DNA from: Candidatus Dojkabacteria bacterium
GTDB taxonomy: Bacteria > Patescibacteriota > Dojkabacteria > J137
NCBI GenBank assembly: GCA_040006935.1
Contig: JBDTVZ010000001.1
Span: 18,218-82,217 of the forward strand
Direction: 5' to 3'
DNA: 64,000 nucleotides
The translations under genes and the position numbers were made by a program. Numbering within the stretch: the stretch's first letter is position 1; each line of letters starts with the position of its first letter. The notes beneath the pieces were generated by a model that saw nothing but the letters and a program-made list of their open reading frames with translations, had not been told where the DNA came from and did no database searches. Below are positions 62,314 to 64,000 of this stretch, piece after piece.

Positions 62314-63543
62314 TTACCGCCTTAACTCTAAATCTCTCAAACTAAATCTTAAGTTTAGTATATTCAAGAATAAGAAAAGTATATTAGCTAGAAGTAACAA
62401 AATCGGAAGTAATGAAATCCCAAATATATTTATTAAAAGTACTGAAAGCACTAGGAACGAAATACTTTGAATTAAAGCAGCATTTCTATATCTATTTTCG
62501 AAACCTAAAGCCATTAAAGCCGATAATATAGGTGAAGTAACAATGTAGATCAAAACACCCCCAAGAATAGGGTAAAAGTACTGTAAGCCATTATCTGCAA
62601 TTTCCTGGTTATAGACAATTCTTAGGGCTAACCCAGCTAGAGGAATACTTAAAAGGAAGATTGCGACACAGAATGCAGATAATATTTTTATATACCTAAA
62701 CATCGACTCAACAAGCTCTTTCATTTTACCCTGCGCAACTAAGTGACTAAATTCCGGTAAGAGTTTCGTTTGTAATATTACGGATAGCACTATTGGTACA
62801 GTTGCCAAAGTACTTACAGATTTATAAATTCCGTTTTCATAATTACCAGCATAGTTGGTCACAAGTATTGAATCCCATTGTCCCATAATCACATAGGCCA
62901 TTATAGAAATTAATACATTTGCTGCAAAAATAACAAAGCGCTTATCGTATTTAGCTTTTGAAAAGTCTATTAGCTTATCTTTAAATAACTTTTGAAGAGG
63001 AATTATTGAGAATAAGAGCCAAGCAAAGGCTCTACTTAATAGGAAAGCATTTATTACATCTGTGATTTTCAAGAAGTATAGAACAAAAGTAAGTCCAATA
63101 AATATTAATGAAGAAATTGTAAAGTAGAGACTGGTTCGAAAATCGTCTCTAAGTCCATTAAAAATGAGAATAAATACGTTGCTCGCAGAAAATATTAGTA
63201 TTAAAGCCATTTGCCAACCATAACCGAAGGAGATTCTATAACCAGTAGCCCAATCAAGTAGTAGAAACAAAACTCCACCAATTAAAACTAGCACAATCTC
63301 TGCATAAACCGAGAACGAAATTCTCTCAACTCTGTCTGTATTTTGAGCAACAAACTTTTGAGCAGCTTCTGGTAAGCCAAAATCCGTTAAAACTCCAACA
63401 ATAGTAATCAAAGCAATAAAGTAATTTAATAATCCTATCTCGTCTGTACGAGCAAATTTACTCAATACAAAAAGAATAATTACGGGACTTGTGCTTGATA
63501 GTACTCGAGAGATTCCGGGAAGAACAGATTTTATAAATTTCAT
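62314..63543 (-). CDS. oligosaccharide/polysaccharide flippase (Wzx/MOP superfamily-like)
   Basis: 409 aa with ~12 TM helices. N-terminal ...DEIGLLNYFIALITIVGVLTDFGLPEAAQKFVAQ resembles the polysaccharide biosynthesis protein family. Confidence 0.65.
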   Translation of the reverse strand: MKFIKSVLPGISRVLSSTSPVIILFVLSKFARTDEIGLLNYFIALITIVGVLTDFGLPEAAQKFVAQNTDRVERISFSVYAEIVLVLIGGVLFLLLDWATGYRISFGYGWQMALILIFSASNVFILIFNGLRDDFRTSLYFTISSLIFIGLTFVLYFLKITDVINAFLLSRAFAWLLFSIIPLQKLFKDKLIDFSKAKYDKRFVIFAANVLISIMAYVIMGQWDSILVTNYAGNYENGIYKSVSTLATVPIVLSVILQTKLLPEFSHLVAQGKMKELVESMFRYIKILSAFCVAIFLLSIPLAGLALRIVYNQEIADNGLQYFYPILGGVLIYIVTSPILSALMALGFENRYRNAALIQSISFLVLSVLLINIFGISLLPILLLLANILFLFLNILNLRFSLRDLELRR

Positions 63544-63672
63544 ATGTTTTAAGTTAAATAAGCTGCTTAATTATATATGAACCTCGAGGGAAGAGCTAGA
63601 AGGAAGATGTCATTCGTAGGGTCCGTCGATCGACGAACCTAGAGATTCATATTCATATGCAAAGCTAAACAA

Positions 63673-63764
63673 GGACCGCACAAAGAAATATCCTGCTTTC
63701 GGTGCGGTAGAAACCCCTCCGGCTACACCACCTCCCCTTTGATCAAAGGGGAGGGTGGGTGGAG
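63673..63764 (+). repeat. GC-rich two-hairpin dispersed repeat, diverged copy D
   Basis: GGACCGCA-loop-GGTGCGGTAG...CCACCTCCCCTTTGATCAAAGGGGAGGGTGG has the same two-hairpin architecture and orientation as copy A. A 20-nt palindrome GGTCCGTCGATCGACGAACC lies at 63620-63639. Confidence 0.55.
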
Positions 63765-63861
63765 TTAGTTATTCTCAACCCTTAATCACAAAATCCATTT
63801 TCTCATTCCTTCATTTTTCTGATAGAATATTTTTGCACAATAACTTTTACTAAATTCCTCA

Positions 63862-64000
63862 ATGGGAAAATTAAATTCTCTTTTTAATCCTAAAAGTGTA
63901 GCAATAGTCGGAGTTTCCGAAGATCCCGCAAAATTAGGTTCCGTAATGCTTTCTAATTTGAACGAAGGCAAATATAAAGGTGAAATCTACCCTGTAAATC
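63862..64000 (+). CDS. ADP-forming acetyl-CoA synthetase / CoA-binding domain protein (N-terminal fragment, runs off the window)
   Basis: My own translation from ATG 63862: MGKLNSLFNPKSVAIVGVSEDPAKLGSVMLSNLNEGKYKGEIYPVN, the typical N-terminus of the CoA-binding (succinyl-CoA-synthetase-like flavodoxin) domain family. Confidence 0.65.
   Translation, partial: MGKLNSLFNPKSVAIVGVSEDPAKLGSVMLSNLNEGKYKGEIYPVN

Noticed and set aside
1-64000. CRISPR arrays, rRNA genes, transposases, reverse transcriptases/DGRs, restriction-modification or other recognisable defence genes
   Set aside because: I saw no regularly spaced direct repeats, no rRNA-like conserved blocks, and no ORFs with the corresponding motifs anywhere in the window.

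Overview
AT-rich, very gene-dense bacterial window read with the standard code (TGA is a stop, e.g. the miaA end at 4551-4553). Bacterial housekeeping markers (rnhA, miaA, rmuC, epmA+efp, pheS, tgt, prmC, pyrG) are mixed with many small unrecognisable ORFs, two 'four-helix-bundle / 23S-IVS' genes, a sortase and a glycosyltransferase/flippase envelope cluster. By inference this looks like a small-genome Patescibacteria/CPR-like organism. Four things stand out. (1) At 54726..54969 (minus strand) a complete tRNA-Gly(UCC) gene sits inside a 172-nt interruption of the anticodon loop of a second, otherwise intact tRNA-Gly(CCC) gene. The interruption is a long hairpin that fits neither an archaeal BHB intron nor a group I intron. 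(2) A ~15 kb plus-strand operon (18776..33941) encodes two giant proteins (2185 and 1811 aa) with no family I can recognise. It converges, sharing a TTAA double stop, on an apparently split VirB4-class ATPase (33938..36622), and no other type IV secretion or conjugation gene is recognisable nearby. (3) A GC-rich two-hairpin ~70-90 nt repeat occurs four times in intergenic DNA, plus a GC-rich structured non-coding block at 37464..37700. (4) A visibly higher-GC single-gene island lies next to the tRNA locus, behind a perfect consensus promoter and a ~520-nt structured leader. Smaller observations: a cobalamin-riboswitch-like leader with its own terminator, an AlaX-like/PheS fusion, three tandem paralogs, a membrane-anchored collagen/BclA-like protein, a gene split at a G7 tract, a four-helix-bundle ORF bracketed by inverted repeats, a Zur/ZIP/COG0523 zinc cluster, and a sortase with a tiny atypical candidate substrate. 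All calls come from reading the sequence and the ORF translations. No searches or folding programs were run.
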